60,342 nucleotides of DNA from Acidobacteriota bacterium (GTDB taxonomy: Bacteria > Acidobacteriota > UBA6911 > JACQSX01). Position 1 is the stretch's first letter, and each line of letters starts with the position of its first letter. The notes beneath the pieces were generated by a model that was not told where the DNA came from, searched no databases, and worked only from the letters and a program-made list of their open reading frames with translations. Positions 18,462-26,390 of this stretch are shown one piece after another. Made by a program: the position numbers and the translations under genes. The stretch covers positions 1-60,342 of the forward strand of contig DASXTB010000111.1 of the NCBI GenBank assembly GCA_036505615.1, read 5' to 3'.

Positions 18462-19940
18462 ATGATAGGACGTAGAAGTTTCTTGCAGAAATCGGCTTTA
18501 ACTCTGGGGGCCGTGGCGATGGAGAAATGGCCTCTTGCCACTGCTCAAAAATCCTCTGCCATGATCGGCATCCAAGTGGGAGCCATTTCGTTCCTAGACG
18601 AGGGCACCGGCAGGGTGCTGGATGGCTTTCAGGAAATGGCGGGAGTCAACACACTGTTCCTTGCGACATTCACTTACGGAAGAGGCATCGCCGGACGACA
18701 GCCTCGCCCCAATCCGCTTCCCGATCATGGCAAGCAGGAATACGACGACCAATTTCACGGAGGAAATTTCGCTACTCCGCATCCGCAATATTACCGCAAT
18801 ACCAGCATCCAGCCGGAGAAAGCGCCCGATCATCCCAACTACGACGTCATCGCCGACGTGCTGCCCGAGGCGCATCGCCGCGGGATGAAGGTGATCTGCT
18901 GGTTCGAGGATGTCTTTCGCAAGGATGTTGCCGGGGTAGACCAAGCCGTCGAGATCGATCTGCACGGCAAGCCGACGACACGCACCTGCATGCGCAACCG
19001 CAACGCGCGGAACTTCTGGCTTGGCCTGGCGGAGGATTATCTCCGTTCCTATGACATCGACGGCTTGATGTGGGGAAGCGAGCGGCAGGGACCGCTGAAT
19101 AATGCTCTGGGCTCAAGCCACGGGGGTGGAGCAAATCCGGCCAACGTGGGGTGTTTTTGCAATTACTGCCAGGAAGCCGCGCGTGAAGAAGGCATTAATG
19201 TTGATCGCGCGCGTCAGGGATATCTTGCGCTGGAGCGGTGGATCTCTGAAATGAAGAATGGCAGGCGTCCCACCGATGGCGCTTTCGTCACTTTCTGGCG
19301 CATTCTGGTGACTCATCCGGAAGTACTGGCGTGGGAGCGACTATGGAATAACGGCCTGCAGGATACTTATCGCGCGATGTACCAGCACGCGCGCTCCATC
19401 AAACCGGCAACACCGGTTGGCTGGCACGTCTGGCACAACAACTCCTTTTCGCCGTTGTATCGAGCAGAACAGGACTATAAGGAGTTCAGTAAATATTCGG
19501 ATTACCTGAAAGTCGTCATGTACAACAACTGCGGCGGTCCACGCATGGCTCAGTACGTTCGAAACGTCAATTCTACACTGTTTGCTGATTTAACACCTGA
19601 GCAGGCACTGGAATTTATCTATAGCGTGCAGCAGTACCCCAATGAAAAACGCCTGGGTCAAATCGCTCACGATGGACTGAGCGCCGACTATGTGCTTCGC
19701 GAAACACGTCGAGCTGTCGCGGGCGTCAATCCAAATGTGAAAATCTGGCCGGGAATTGACATTGATATTCCAACGGGCGCGAACGAAAAGAAGACGCAAC
19801 CAGATGACGTGTACCAAGCGGTGAAAGCAGCTTTTGCAGGGGGCGCGCAGGGAGTGATTCTATCGCGCAAGTATTCGGAGATGAAACTTGCCAACCTTCG
19901 AGCCGCCGGCCGTGCCGTGCGGGAGCTGAAACTGGCGTGA
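18462..19940 (+). CDS. Tat-signal hypothetical protein (possibly glycosidase-like TIM barrel)
   Basis: GGAGGA RBS, ATG 18462, twin-arginine signal GRRSFLQKSALTLGAV; 492 aa. No family recognised with confidence. Confidence 0.6.
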   Translation: MIGRRSFLQKSALTLGAVAMEKWPLATAQKSSAMIGIQVGAISFLDEGTGRVLDGFQEMAGVNTLFLATFTYGRGIAGRQPRPNPLPDHGKQEYDDQFHGGNFATPHPQYYRNTSIQPEKAPDHPNYDVIADVLPEAHRRGMKVICWFEDVFRKDVAGVDQAVEIDLHGKPTTRTCMRNRNARNFWLGLAEDYLRSYDIDGLMWGSERQGPLNNALGSSHGGGANPANVGCFCNYCQEAAREEGINVDRARQGYLALERWISEMKNGRRPTDGAFVTFWRILVTHPEVLAWERLWNNGLQDTYRAMYQHARSIKPATPVGWHVWHNNSFSPLYRAEQDYKEFSKYSDYLKVVMYNNCGGPRMAQYVRNVNSTLFADLTPEQALEFIYSVQQYPNEKRLGQIAHDGLSADYVLRETRRAVAGVNPNVKIWPGIDIDIPTGANEKKTQPDDVYQAVKAAFAGGAQGVILSRKYSEMKLANLRAAGRAVRELKLA

Positions 19941-19950
19941 GAAAGCTGAA

Positions 19951-19985
19951 GGGAGAAGGGAGAAGGGAGAAGGGAGAAGGGAGAA
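19951..19985. repeat. (GGGAGAA)5 perfect heptamer array
   Basis: 35 nt of exact GGGAGAA repeats, starting 11 nt after the stop at 19940. G3N4 pattern. Confidence 0.95.
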
Positions 19986-20007
19986 AGCGGAAGGCAGACA
20001 ACTGGTA

Positions 20008-20047
20008 GCTGGCTGAGAGCTTAGAGCCGAGAGCTGAGAGCTGAGCA
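20008..20047. repeat. (GCTGAGA)-type heptamer array
   Basis: GCTGGCTGAGAGCTTAGAGCCGAGAGCTGAGAGCTGAGCA. Not complementary to the neighbouring GGGAGAA array. Confidence 0.9.
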
Positions 20048-20088
20048 CTGATCGCTCCTTCGCAGCTTCTTTCGTTTGTGCAAAAACC

Positions 20089-21078
20089 ATGGATGCGATC
20101 GTGCTGGGCCGGGGCAACGTTGCGATGGCCCTGCTGCGTTTGTTGAAAGATACTCATTTCCCCTGGTCCGAGCGCCTGAGAATCACCGGAATTGCCAGCC
20201 GTCGCGGAGGGATCGAGGAGGCCGGAATTTCCTTTGCTGGGCAACCTGGCCAGCTACCTGCGGCAGGGAATGCGACGGCTGCAATCTCTGCAGGAAGATC
20301 CGATGGCACAACCACAGAGGAGATTACCAGATGGATCGAACGGCATTCGGCCCATCTGGTGATTGACACGACCTCCCTTGACTCAACTGATTTCCTCGCG
20401 ACGCTTCCCTATGTGCAAGCCGCTCTGTCGGCAGGCAAGCACGTGATTACAGCCAACAAAGGACCGGTGGCTCTCCGCTATTTCGAATTGGCGAGGACAG
20501 CGGCAGCGGCAAAGGTGCAGTTCCTGTTCAAGGCGACAGTGATGGATGGAGTGCCGGTGCTGGATTTTCCGCGCTGGATGCTGCCCGGATGCCGGCTGAA
20601 AAGCTTTCGCGGCGTTTTAAACAGCACCACCAATGTGATCTTGGACCAAGTGGCATCGGGACGACGCTTCCAGACCGCGCTCGACTACTGCCGCAGCATT
20701 GGAGTGACGGAAGGCGATCCGTCGCACGACTTGGAAGGCAAGGACGCGGCTCTGAAGATTGCCATCTGCGCGCAGCACTTCTGGCAGCAGCCCGTCGCAC
20801 TTGGTGAAATTGCGCGCGTCGCGCTTGACGGCGATGTTATGCCGCCGCCTGCCGGCAAGCGTTGGAGAATAATCTGCCGCGGATATCCGGGCGGTGGCCA
20901 AATGGAACTGTCCGCCGTCGCGCCGGAAGATTTGATGTATTCTATCGAAGGAACCAGCAATGCGCTTGAATTTGAGACTGATTTGATGGGACGAATTTCC
21001 ATTGCGGAAATTCATCCCGGCCTGACACAGACGGCTTACGGGATTGTTTATGACTTGTGGAAGATTCTTGGCCAGTGA
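20089..21078 (+). CDS. homoserine-dehydrogenase-family protein (no ACT domain)
   Basis: Blocks ITANKGPVA, ATVMDGVPV, LNSTTNVIL, GVTEGDPSHDLEGKDAALKI. Confidence 0.7.
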   Translation: MDAIVLGRGNVAMALLRLLKDTHFPWSERLRITGIASRRGGIEEAGISFAGQPGQLPAAGNATAAISAGRSDGTTTEEITRWIERHSAHLVIDTTSLDSTDFLATLPYVQAALSAGKHVITANKGPVALRYFELARTAAAAKVQFLFKATVMDGVPVLDFPRWMLPGCRLKSFRGVLNSTTNVILDQVASGRRFQTALDYCRSIGVTEGDPSHDLEGKDAALKIAICAQHFWQQPVALGEIARVALDGDVMPPPAGKRWRIICRGYPGGGQMELSAVAPEDLMYSIEGTSNALEFETDLMGRISIAEIHPGLTQTAYGIVYDLWKILGQ

Positions 21079-21224
21079 GCCTACGCGGGAGTTCCGGCGC
21101 AAAGTCGAGGGCGTGAAGAAGTGTTGCCCAGGTCGATATGTAATCTAATAAGGAAGTCCGCTCCGCGAAGCGGAGCGGGCGACAGCCAATCTATCTGAGA
21201 CAAACCTTTTGATGTGCAATCTTA

Positions 21225-22394
21225 ATGGCTCAAGATAGGACTGGGCTGTCGCCCGAGAGAGAGAAGATTATGCCAGTCAGCAACACCAGAGCGCCCGGAA
21301 GACAATCTTTGATAAACGTATTGCGTACCGTCTCTTTGTGCCTTGGTGCATTGGCGGTGATTGATGCCGAGCAACTCCCCGCGCCCGCCGCGCAGCAGAT
21401 CATTGTAGAAACTTCCATGGGGGCGATCGTGATGGAAGTCTTCCCCGAAGCCGCGCCGAACCACGTGAAGAAATTCCTGGAACGCATTGTAAATGGGTTT
21501 TATGTCGGCACCACGTTTCATCGCGCCGTTCCATTCGGAATTATTCAGGGAGGCGATCCGCTCTCTCGGGACCCAAAGAAGCGAGCCCAGTACGGAACTG
21601 GTGGCTTGAACGAGCTGAAGCGGGAAGTAAACCAGATGTCCCACCTTCGTGGAACCGTCTCGGCGGTTTTGATTCCCGGCAAGCCGGAGAGCGCCGGTTC
21701 GCAATTCTTTATCTGCGTCACCGATCAGACACAACTGGACGGCCAGTTCACTGCCTTCGGTCGCGTCGTTGAAGGAATGGAAGTAGTGCAGAAGATCTCG
21801 CAGCTTCCCACCGACAAGGATCAAAGCATCGAGCAGCGCGTGGAGATCGTAAAGGCTTCTTTGCGGGACCGCCCAAAACCTGAGCCGGTGCCTTTTGCTG
21901 CCGCAACTCCGGAAGAGATGGCCAAATACCGCGTGGTCGTCGCAACCAGCCTGGGAAATATTGAAATAGCGCTCTATCCCGATATGGCACCCGAACACGT
22001 GCGGCAGTTTCTGCGATTTGCGCAATTGGGATTATACGACGGCACGACATTTCATCGCGTGGTCTCCAAATTTGTAATTCAGGCGGGCTCGTTGTCGTCA
22101 CGCAAAGAGCCAGTCGCCCAGAAATACGCCCCGCTGATACAGAATTTGAAAGCTGAATTCAATACTCGCCCTCACGTTCGCGGAGCCGTCTCCATGGCCC
22201 GGGCTTCAGACCCGGACAGCGGCATGGATTCCTTTTTCATTGTCCTCGAACCTCAGCCTCAGCTGGATGGAAAGTACACGGTGTTCGGACAGGTCGTCTC
22301 CGGCATGGACGTGGTCGATGCCATCGCCGCAGTTCCTGTGAATGGAGAAACCCCGATCCAGCCAATCGAAATAAAGATGAAGTTGGTGAAATAA
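21225..22394 (+). CDS. peptidyl-prolyl cis-trans isomerase with two tandem cyclophilin domains
   Basis: Two cyclophilin cores (FHRAVPFGIIQGGDP...SAGSQFFIC and FHRVVSKFVIQAGS...DSFFIV) plus a signal-like N-terminus. The start is either ATG 21225 or ATG 21270. Confidence 0.85.
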   Translation: MAQDRTGLSPEREKIMPVSNTRAPGRQSLINVLRTVSLCLGALAVIDAEQLPAPAAQQIIVETSMGAIVMEVFPEAAPNHVKKFLERIVNGFYVGTTFHRAVPFGIIQGGDPLSRDPKKRAQYGTGGLNELKREVNQMSHLRGTVSAVLIPGKPESAGSQFFICVTDQTQLDGQFTAFGRVVEGMEVVQKISQLPTDKDQSIEQRVEIVKASLRDRPKPEPVPFAAATPEEMAKYRVVVATSLGNIEIALYPDMAPEHVRQFLRFAQLGLYDGTTFHRVVSKFVIQAGSLSSRKEPVAQKYAPLIQNLKAEFNTRPHVRGAVSMARASDPDSGMDSFFIVLEPQPQLDGKYTVFGQVVSGMDVVDAIAAVPVNGETPIQPIEIKMKLVK

Positions 22395-22416
22395 GTCAGC
22401 GCGTTCATCGCCATCC

Positions 22417-22693
22417 GTAGGGGCGGCTCGCGAGCCGCCCGTGTCCGCGAAGCGGCGCTATTGGAGAGACGCCCCGTGGGGCGTCTCCTGCACGATGAAA
22501 AATTGTGCGGGAGACGGCCCTCAGGCCGTCTCTCCAAAATGTCCAAACTCTAGGGTCCGCTTCGCGGACGAAGCCGTGGTTTGAAGCGCACTGCAGCATG
22601 AGAAAATGTAGAAACTCCAGGGGCGGCTCGCGAGCCGCCCGTCTCACAACGAAATCGGCATGCTCCGACGGGCGGTTCACGAACCGCCCCTAC
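22417..22693 (+). repeat. mosaic of stem-loop repeats (family A copy 2 flanked by GGGGCGG..CCGCCC hairpins and family C)
   Basis: Family A lies at 22444-22552. GGGGCGGCTCGCGAGCCGCCC occurs twice. AATCGGCATGCTCCGACGGGCGGTTCACGAACCGCCCCTAC (22653-22693) recurs at 57644-57684 with one mismatch. Confidence 0.9.
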
Positions 22694-22717
22694 AGCCGGA
22701 GTGGAAAAATCCGGCCC

Positions 22718-23992
22718 TTACTTCCGGAAGCGCTTTCTGAAAAGCAAGGTGAAGATCCCGGTGTACAACGCCAGTATCAGACCCAGGATTGTCGCCGCTG
22801 TCGGTCCTCCCCAACGTTGAGCAACTAAGCCGGCCATTAAGCTTCCAAGCGGCATCCCTCCACGGAAAGCCAACCCATACATGCTCATGATCCGGCCTCG
22901 CAACGGGCCCGGTGACTCATTTTGGACCATTGTGTTGAGCATAACGTTCGACGCGATGATGCTGGCGCCGGCTGCCAAGACGATGGCCGAAGAAGTGACC
23001 AGTTGTTTCGACAGCGCAAACATGAAGGTACATAGCACGAAGATAGAAATCGTTATCAAAACGCGATCCACTTTTCTTTTCAACTCAGCCGCTCCAGCCA
23101 CCCAGAGCGCTCCGATGATGGCGCCCGCGCCAAAGAGAGACAACAATTGGCTGAATCCGCTCGCCCCGGCGTGGAGGACGTCACGGGCAAAAAGCGGCAG
23201 CAGCGTAATAAGCGGAGATGCTCCCAACGAAAAGATAAAGACAGAAAGCAGATAGTACTGCAGGAGGTCATGACGTCGCACATACTCGGCGCCCTGAAGT
23301 ACGCTTTTCGTCACGGAAGTATTCCGGCGGAGCGGGCTGGGAATGTGCCGCATCCATGCCAGGCTTATGATGACGGCAAGGAAACTGATGGAGTTTAAAA
23401 GAAAACAGGAGGCGGCTCCGCCATGGAGCAAAAGGATCCCTGCAATTGCCGGTCCGATGACGCGACTGACATTGAACTGCATGCTGTTGAGCGCCACGGC
23501 GCTGGGCAGCACTGGGCGTTGAACTAGTGTGGGCATAAATGAAAGGTAAGTGGGGACGCTGACAGCCTGCACGCAGCCGAACAGAAAGGAAATCGTGATG
23601 ATGTGCCAGACCCGGATCCAGCCGCCATAGGCAAGAATGGCTAGTATTCCGGCCAGGGCCAGTTGGGCTGCCTGCGTCCATGCGAGCAGCTTCTTGCGGT
23701 CTACGCGGTCGGCCGCCACTCCCCCCAAGAGTGAGAACAGCAGCAGCGGAATATCGCTGGCAAATGCGTCTAGACCCAAATAGAACGCGGAATTACTCAG
23801 GGTGAGGACAAGCCAGCTCTGGGCTACCCTTTGCAACCAAGTGCCGACGTTTGAAAGGAACGATCCAAAGAAGATCAATCGATAATTGGGGCTGGAAAGC
23901 GCGCTGAACATGCGCCGCGTGGCCGGAATGGGCGCAGCCCGGCGCGGGGTCTGTACTAAAACCTCAACATCGCGTTCGATCTTTTTCTCCAC
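22718..23992 (-). CDS. MFS transporter
   Basis: Highly hydrophobic 12-TM-type ORF with an MFS-like N-terminus (YRLIFFGSFLSNVGTWLQ). The start is GTG 23992 or ATG 23911. Confidence 0.85.
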   Translation of the reverse strand: MEKKIERDVEVLVQTPRRAAPIPATRRMFSALSSPNYRLIFFGSFLSNVGTWLQRVAQSWLVLTLSNSAFYLGLDAFASDIPLLLFSLLGGVAADRVDRKKLLAWTQAAQLALAGILAILAYGGWIRVWHIITISFLFGCVQAVSVPTYLSFMPTLVQRPVLPSAVALNSMQFNVSRVIGPAIAGILLLHGGAASCFLLNSISFLAVIISLAWMRHIPSPLRRNTSVTKSVLQGAEYVRRHDLLQYYLLSVFIFSLGASPLITLLPLFARDVLHAGASGFSQLLSLFGAGAIIGALWVAGAAELKRKVDRVLITISIFVLCTFMFALSKQLVTSSAIVLAAGASIIASNVMLNTMVQNESPGPLRGRIMSMYGLAFRGGMPLGSLMAGLVAQRWGGPTAATILGLILALYTGIFTLLFRKRFRK

Positions 23993-24005
23993 GAATTGCG
24001 TTCTC

Positions 24006-24294
24006 AGTCACACGTCAGCAAGTCAACAAGTCGCAAGTCAACAGGTTAGCAGGTTACAAGTTAGCAGGTTAGCAGGTTGGTAAGTCGAAGCTCGAAATGA
24101 TCTCCTCAAAGCTGAGTAAGCCCTTGCTTCTCGGCATCGCGAGGAGGAATTCTATCATGCTTAAACCCCGGACTATCAGGCGGAAGTGATGATGTGAAGG
24201 GTTACCTATACTGCCAAGTTTGCCAACTTGCGGAGCTGGAACCTGCCAACCTGCAACCTGTAAACCTATAAACTGGCAAACCCACAAACCTGCA
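24006..24294. repeat. tandem 7-8 nt repeat hairpin (GCAGGTTA / AAGTCAAC units)
   Basis: Left arm 24006-24092 and right arm 24211-24294 (AACCTGC-type units); ~120-nt spacer; imperfect complementarity. Confidence 0.8.
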
Positions 24295-24305
24295 GAAGGT
24301 TCGGG

Positions 24306-24659
24306 TCAGATATCGCGAAGATCTTCCTCTGTCATTCCGAAATGATGTCCGATTTCATGCTGCAGCGTGGCCCGCACCTGCCGTTCCAATTCCTCTTCCG
24401 TGCGGCAAATGCGCTGAATATTTCTCTGAAACAGAAAAACCACATCTGGGGGAATAAATGCCATGAAAGTGGAGCGCTTCGGCTGTGGCACGCCGTGATA
24501 CAAGCCAAGCAACATTCCGCGGAAGGCTCCTTGTTGCTCCCTTGTAGGCTCCTGTTCCACTATCACTTCAACGTTATCGAGCTTGGAACGAAATTCTGGA
24601 GGAAGAGAGTCGATAGCTCGCTGGACCAGCTCCCGGAATCGTTCTTCGGTGACGCGCAT
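24306..24659 (-). CDS. small zincin-like metallopeptidase-family protein
   Basis: 117 aa with HExxH (LQHEIGHHFGM), as in the small 'metallopeptidase family protein' group. Confidence 0.75.
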   Translation of the reverse strand: MRVTEERFRELVQRAIDSLPPEFRSKLDNVEVIVEQEPTREQQGAFRGMLLGLYHGVPQPKRSTFMAFIPPDVVFLFQRNIQRICRTEEELERQVRATLQHEIGHHFGMTEEDLRDI

Positions 24660-24667
24660 AAAGGAAG

Positions 24668-25027
24668 TTTCGGGTTTCGGGTGCCGGGTGTCGAGTGCCG
24701 GGTGTCGGGTGCCGGGTGTCGGGTGTCGGGTTTCGGGTGCCGGGTGTCGGGTGTCGGGTATTGGGTGTCGGGTATTCGGTTTTGGGCTTAACGCCCTTCA
24801 GGTTATCCTAAACTTGGAACCCAACACGTGATTCAGCACCCAATACCTAAGACCCAATACCTAAGACCCAATACCCGACACCCGACACCCGGCACCCGAC
24901 ACCCGGCACCCGAAACCCGACACCCGACACCCGGCACCCGACACCCGACACCCGACACCCGGCACCCGAAACCCGAAACCCGACACCCGACACCCGACAC
25001 CCAACACCCGGCACTCGAGACCAATAC
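24668..25027. repeat. tandem-heptamer hairpin (GGGTGTC/GGGTGCC)n / (GACACCC/GGCACCC)n
   Basis: About 17 heptads at 24668-24786, a ~50-nt spacer, then about 27 complementary heptads at 24837-25027. It fills the whole gap between two minus-strand genes. Confidence 0.95.
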
Positions 25028-25783
25028 CTATCTAGCACAGGTTAACGCCCGCCCTCCGTCAATACTGTAGGTTGCGCCGGTGATCCAACTGGCCTTATCG
25101 GAGGCAAGAAAGAAAATCAGTTCGGCGATCTCATCGGGGCGGCCGACGCGCCCCAGCGGATGTGTCGTCTTGCTGCGCTCGAGGAAAGCGGCATATAGGT
25201 CCTCGTTCATGCCTCCAGCGCGGTGAAGGTTAGTCCGAGTCACACCGGGGTTGACGGCATTGACTCGAATTCCTTTGGCAGCGAGCTCCAGGGCACTGCA
25301 GCGGGTCAATTGATCAAGCGCCGCCTTGCTGACGCAATAAGCGAGGACTCCGGGGAACGAACGCAGGCCATTGACGCTGGAAACATTGACGATGTTGCCG
25401 CGCGTTTTTTCCAGGTGCGGGAGCGATTTTTGCATCAGCCAGAATATAGAGCGAACATTAATCTGCATCATCTCATCCCAATCCGGTAGTGAGGTGTTCT
25501 CAATGGTGCCTGATCGCAGAATCCCAGCGGCATTGACTAGAACATCCAATCTGCCGAGATTCTTCACGACGTCGTCGACCAGGTTTTCCACTTGATCCAG
25601 CTGCGTTAGGTCTGCCGGAAATGACTTGAAGTTCGAGATTTCCTGCTGCAGCCCTTTTGTGTAGTCAGGATGGCGGCTCACACCGGCCACCTGGAAGCTG
25701 TTGTTGGAGAACAGGCGAGCCGTGGCCAGGCCAATGCCGCTGCTCGTGCCCGTGACGAGTACGACTTTTCGTTTTTCATCCAT
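25028..25783 (-). CDS. SDR-family oxidoreductase
   Basis: VTGTSSGIGLA Rossmann motif, NAAG, catalytic YCVSKAAL. Confidence 0.9.
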   Translation of the reverse strand: MDEKRKVVLVTGTSSGIGLATARLFSNNSFQVAGVSRHPDYTKGLQQEISNFKSFPADLTQLDQVENLVDDVVKNLGRLDVLVNAAGILRSGTIENTSLPDWDEMMQINVRSIFWLMQKSLPHLEKTRGNIVNVSSVNGLRSFPGVLAYCVSKAALDQLTRCSALELAAKGIRVNAVNPGVTRTNLHRAGGMNEDLYAAFLERSKTTHPLGRVGRPDEIAELIFFLASDKASWITGATYSIDGGRALTCAR

Positions 25784-25947
25784 GGCTTATGCTTAGTATT
25801 GTGATGAATGATTCATCACAAGCTTCTCGAACTGAGATTCGCGAAGGTCCCACGGATGGCGTGTCGCCCAAATCCCCAGCTCGCCGAACGCGGGCGAAGC
25901 CCAGCACTTCAGTGCTTCAGAGTACAACCGACGTAGTTGCTGAGTCG

Positions 25948-26196
25948 ACCGCTCCGAAGGAGCGGCAGGAACATAGCCAGGGGTGAGCGCTGTTTGCGAA
26001 CCCCTGGACAACGGATCCAAAAATATCATGCCCGCCCCGACGGGGCGGGAGGAATCACCAGAGATGGCGGACTTACGAAAAGAATTTCCAGCCCCCCGCC
26101 CCTCAGGGGGCGGTCCCGATATTACTCCTCAAAACCAGGGGTTCGCAAAAAGCACTCACCCCTGGCTATGCTACGGCCGCTCCTTCAGAGCGGCTA
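25948..26196. repeat. MITE-like palindromic element (ATAGCCAGGGGTGAGCGC...type)
   Basis: Terminal inverted repeats GACCGCTCCGAAGGAGCGGCAGGAACATAGCCAGGGGTGAGCGCTGTTTGCGAACCCCTGG and CCAGGGGTTCGCAAAAAGCACTCACCCCTGGCTATGCTACGGCCGCTCCTTCAGAGCGGCT. Internal GCCCGCCCCGACGGGGCGGG and CCCCCGCCCCTCAGGGGGCGG hairpins. Confidence 0.85.
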
Positions 26197-26330
26197 GGCG
26201 CCGCGAAGCGGCGCTATTGGAGAGACGCCCCGTGGGGCGTCTCCTGCACGATGAAAGATTGTGCGGGAGACGGCCCACCGGCCGTCTCTCCAAAATGTCC
26301 AAACTCCAGGGCCGCTCCTTCAGAGCGGCT
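26197..26330 (+). repeat. family A copy 3, flanked by a duplicated 21-nt hairpin
   Basis: Family A sequence lies at 26200-26310. GGCCGCTCCTTCAGAGCGGCT is present on both sides (26175-26195 and 26310-26330). Confidence 0.9.
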
Positions 26331-26390
26331 GAGCCCGTGCGAAAGTAAGTCTTTGATCATCCGGGACTCTTCTGTGCTTAATGTACCCCG

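Noticed and set aside
24583-25070. ORFs 24583..24831, 24828..25070, 24833..25024(-), 24847..25038(-)
   Set aside because: Same artefact within the 24668-25027 heptamer hairpin.
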